Shown here in pieces: positions 62,324-64,000 of a stretch of 64,000 nt of DNA (positions are counted from its first letter, which is position 1; each line of letters opens with the position of its first letter). The position numbers were made by a program, and so were the translations under genes. The stretch is from assembly GCA_040755995.1 (NCBI GenBank), contig JBFMAF010000032.1:321306-385305 (forward strand), read 5' to 3'. The notes beneath the pieces were generated by a model, which worked only from the letters and a program-made list of their open reading frames with translations, was not told the origin of the DNA and made no database searches. This DNA comes from Acidobacteriota bacterium. GTDB lineage: Bacteria > Acidobacteriota > CAIWXX01.

Positions 62324-63247
62324 ATGAAGGTTCTTGTCGCCGATGACGATCCGGTCTCCCGGCAGCTTCTGGAAGATGCGCTGGCGGCGAGCGGGGATGA
62401 GGTACTCTCGATCGACAATGGCCAGCGTGCCTTGGATGCGCTCCAGCGACCGGATGGGCCGAACATCGCCATCGTGGACTGGATGATGCCTGGGCTCGAC
62501 GGGATCGAGTTCTGTCGCCGCGTCCGGGCAGACGCGCGCGAACCGTATGTCTACATGATCCTGCTCACGGCCGAGGACGAGAAGCGAGACCTGATCGAGG
62601 CATTCCAAGCCGGTGTCGACGACTATCTCTGCAAGCCGTTCGGTCAGGACGAATTCAATGCGCGCGTCCGCGCGGCGCGGCGCATCGTCGAGCTGCACAT
62701 GCGGCTGGTCGCGGCGCGCGATGAGTTGCGGGTGCAGGCGGCGCACGATCGGCTGACGGGGCTCTTCAACCGCGGCGCGATTCTCGAGATGCTCGATCGC
62801 GAGCTGGCCCGGTCCACCCGCGCCAAGGCCCCGGTGACCGTCGTGATCATCGACATGGATCACCTCAAGAAGGTCAACGACACGCACGGGCGCACGGCAG
62901 GGGATGTCGTTCTGCGTGAGGCCGCGGCGAGGATGAAATCGGTGTTGCGAAGCTACGATTCGCTGGGCCGGTATGGCGGAGAGGAGTTCCTCGGGATATT
63001 GCCCGGATGCGGTACCCAGTCGGGAATGGACTGCGCGAGGAGGATGTGCACACGGGTCGGCAATGCGCCGATCGAGACGGGTGAGGCAAGGGTGACCGTG
63101 ACGGCGAGCCTCGGCGTGTCGGTCGCGGAGCCGTGGATCAAGCTGACCTCGGACATGCTGCTCAGCGCCGCCGACGCCGCCATGCACCGCGCCAAGCACG
63201 GCGGGAGGAACCGCGTGGAGCTGGCGCAGACGGGCGATTACGCCTGA
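62324..63247 (+). CDS. REC-GGDEF diguanylate cyclase
   Basis: REC; HDRLTGLFNR; RSYD I-site; RYGGEEF. Confidence 0.94.
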   Translation: MKVLVADDDPVSRQLLEDALAASGDEVLSIDNGQRALDALQRPDGPNIAIVDWMMPGLDGIEFCRRVRADAREPYVYMILLTAEDEKRDLIEAFQAGVDDYLCKPFGQDEFNARVRAARRIVELHMRLVAARDELRVQAAHDRLTGLFNRGAILEMLDRELARSTRAKAPVTVVIIDMDHLKKVNDTHGRTAGDVVLREAAARMKSVLRSYDSLGRYGGEEFLGILPGCGTQSGMDCARRMCTRVGNAPIETGEARVTVTASLGVSVAEPWIKLTSDMLLSAADAAMHRAKHGGRNRVELAQTGDYA

Positions 63248-63332
63248 CCCACGATTGCAGATCTTGCGGTGAGTCGCATCCGCGGGCGCAAGTGGGAACA
63301 GCGACTGTGGTACAATTGGGGCGAGGAGTGAG

Positions 63333-63632
63333 ATGCCCACTGCCGCGGTCGAGCACATCGTGAGTACCCCGGGGGTGTGCGGTGGAAGGCCGCGCATCGC
63401 CGGGCGGAGGATCACGGTCGAGAACGTAGCGATCTGGCACGAGCAGATGGGGATGACGGTGGAGCAGATTGCTTCCGAGTATGACCTTACGCTTGCCGAT
63501 GTCCACGCGGCCCTCGCATACTACTTCGATCATCGAGACGAGACTGACCAGCGACTCAGGGAGGCGCGTGCCTTTGCCGAGGAAATGCGAAAGAGGACTC
63601 CTTCGAAGCTGAGCGGCAGGCTTGGGCGCTGA
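63333..63632 (+). CDS. DUF433-family antitoxin
   Basis: IVSTPGVCGGRPRIAGRRITV...DVHAALAYY. Confidence 0.92.
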   Translation: MPTAAVEHIVSTPGVCGGRPRIAGRRITVENVAIWHEQMGMTVEQIASEYDLTLADVHAALAYYFDHRDETDQRLREARAFAEEMRKRTPSKLSGRLGR

Positions 63633-63737
63633 ACGTATCTCTTTCTTGATGGACGAGCACGTTCCATCGGCCGTTACGTCGGGTCTACGCATGCGTGGCG
63701 CGGACGTCGCCACCGTTCAGGAGGCTGGGCTCGGGCA
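63622..63737 (+). pseudogene. Truncated DUF5615 PIN-like toxin
   Basis: Manual translation from TTG 63622: MGAERISFLMDEHVPSAVTSGLRMRGADVATVQEAGLG; similarity is then lost and the frame runs into a repeat half-copy. Confidence 0.7.
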
Positions 63738-63776
63738 CACGATCGCGGAATGGGTGGACTGCCATCTACTTCGGCA

Positions 63777-63837
63777 TCCGGCCTCTATCGGTGGTACTGG
63801 CAGATTCCGCAATCCGCACTCCGCATTCCGCATTGTG
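63777..63837 (+). repeat. GGAATGC element copy K (right half only)
   Basis: TCGGTGGTACTGGCAGATTCCGCAATCCGCACTCCGCATTCCGCATTGTG. Confidence 0.85.
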
Positions 63838-63892
63838 GTGGCGCCACCCTGGAGGGCTTCGCCGATGCCAGAGCACGGAAGGGCGAACCGAG

Positions 63893-64000
63893 TCAGCCGT
63901 CGAGCACTTCGCGGACCTTGCGCGCGAGGGCGCGGGCCGAGAAGGGCTTTTCCAGCAGCTCGTTGCCGGGACCGAGCACTCCGTGGCGCGCCAGGGCATC
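63893..64000 (-). CDS. C-terminus of a receiver-domain protein (probably a hybrid kinase), continues beyond the window
   Basis: DALARHGVLGPGNELLEKPFSARALARKVREVLDG*. Confidence 0.8.
   Translation of the reverse strand, partial: DALARHGVLGPGNELLEKPFSARALARKVREVLDG

Overview
GC-rich bacterial chromosomal window. Gene order and protein families are consistent with an Acidobacteriota-like lineage (inference only). It contains: (i) a decayed accessory end (1-5.2 kb) with an SDR, an ECF sigma factor followed by an unannotated 29-aa Cys-rich peptide, gene remnants and attC-like relics; (ii) a housekeeping run, phoH-pgpH-ybeY-hlyC-era-recO and tatA-tatC; (iii) pxpB-pxpC-MFS-pxpA; (iv) a macrodomain gene, a C-terminal protease and signalling genes; (v) a compact operon with homologues of the Helicobacter/Campylobacter cell-shape proteins (Csd6/Pgp2-like, Csd4/Pgp1-like, bactofilin); (vi) five toxin-antitoxin modules, one truncated; (vii) a signalling cluster with a 2494-aa poly-HAMP hybrid kinase, CheR, CheB, a kinase and a diguanylate cyclase. 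The most striking unexplained structure is non-coding. At least six families of 7-nt tandem repeats and one 8-nt family sit at gene boundaries with consistent polarity: G-rich strand just after stop codons, C-rich strand just before starts. One family, (GGAATGC)n-conserved core-(GCATTCC)n, forms a dispersed palindromic element with 8 complete and 3 half copies between 41.9 and 63.8 kb. One copy has its core inverted, one appears split by a TA module, and two bracket a four-helix-bundle (23S-IVP/Avd-like) gene inside the kinase-cheR cluster. I saw no rRNA, tRNA, CRISPR array, integrase, transposase or reverse transcriptase. All family calls are from motif recognition by eye, not database searches.
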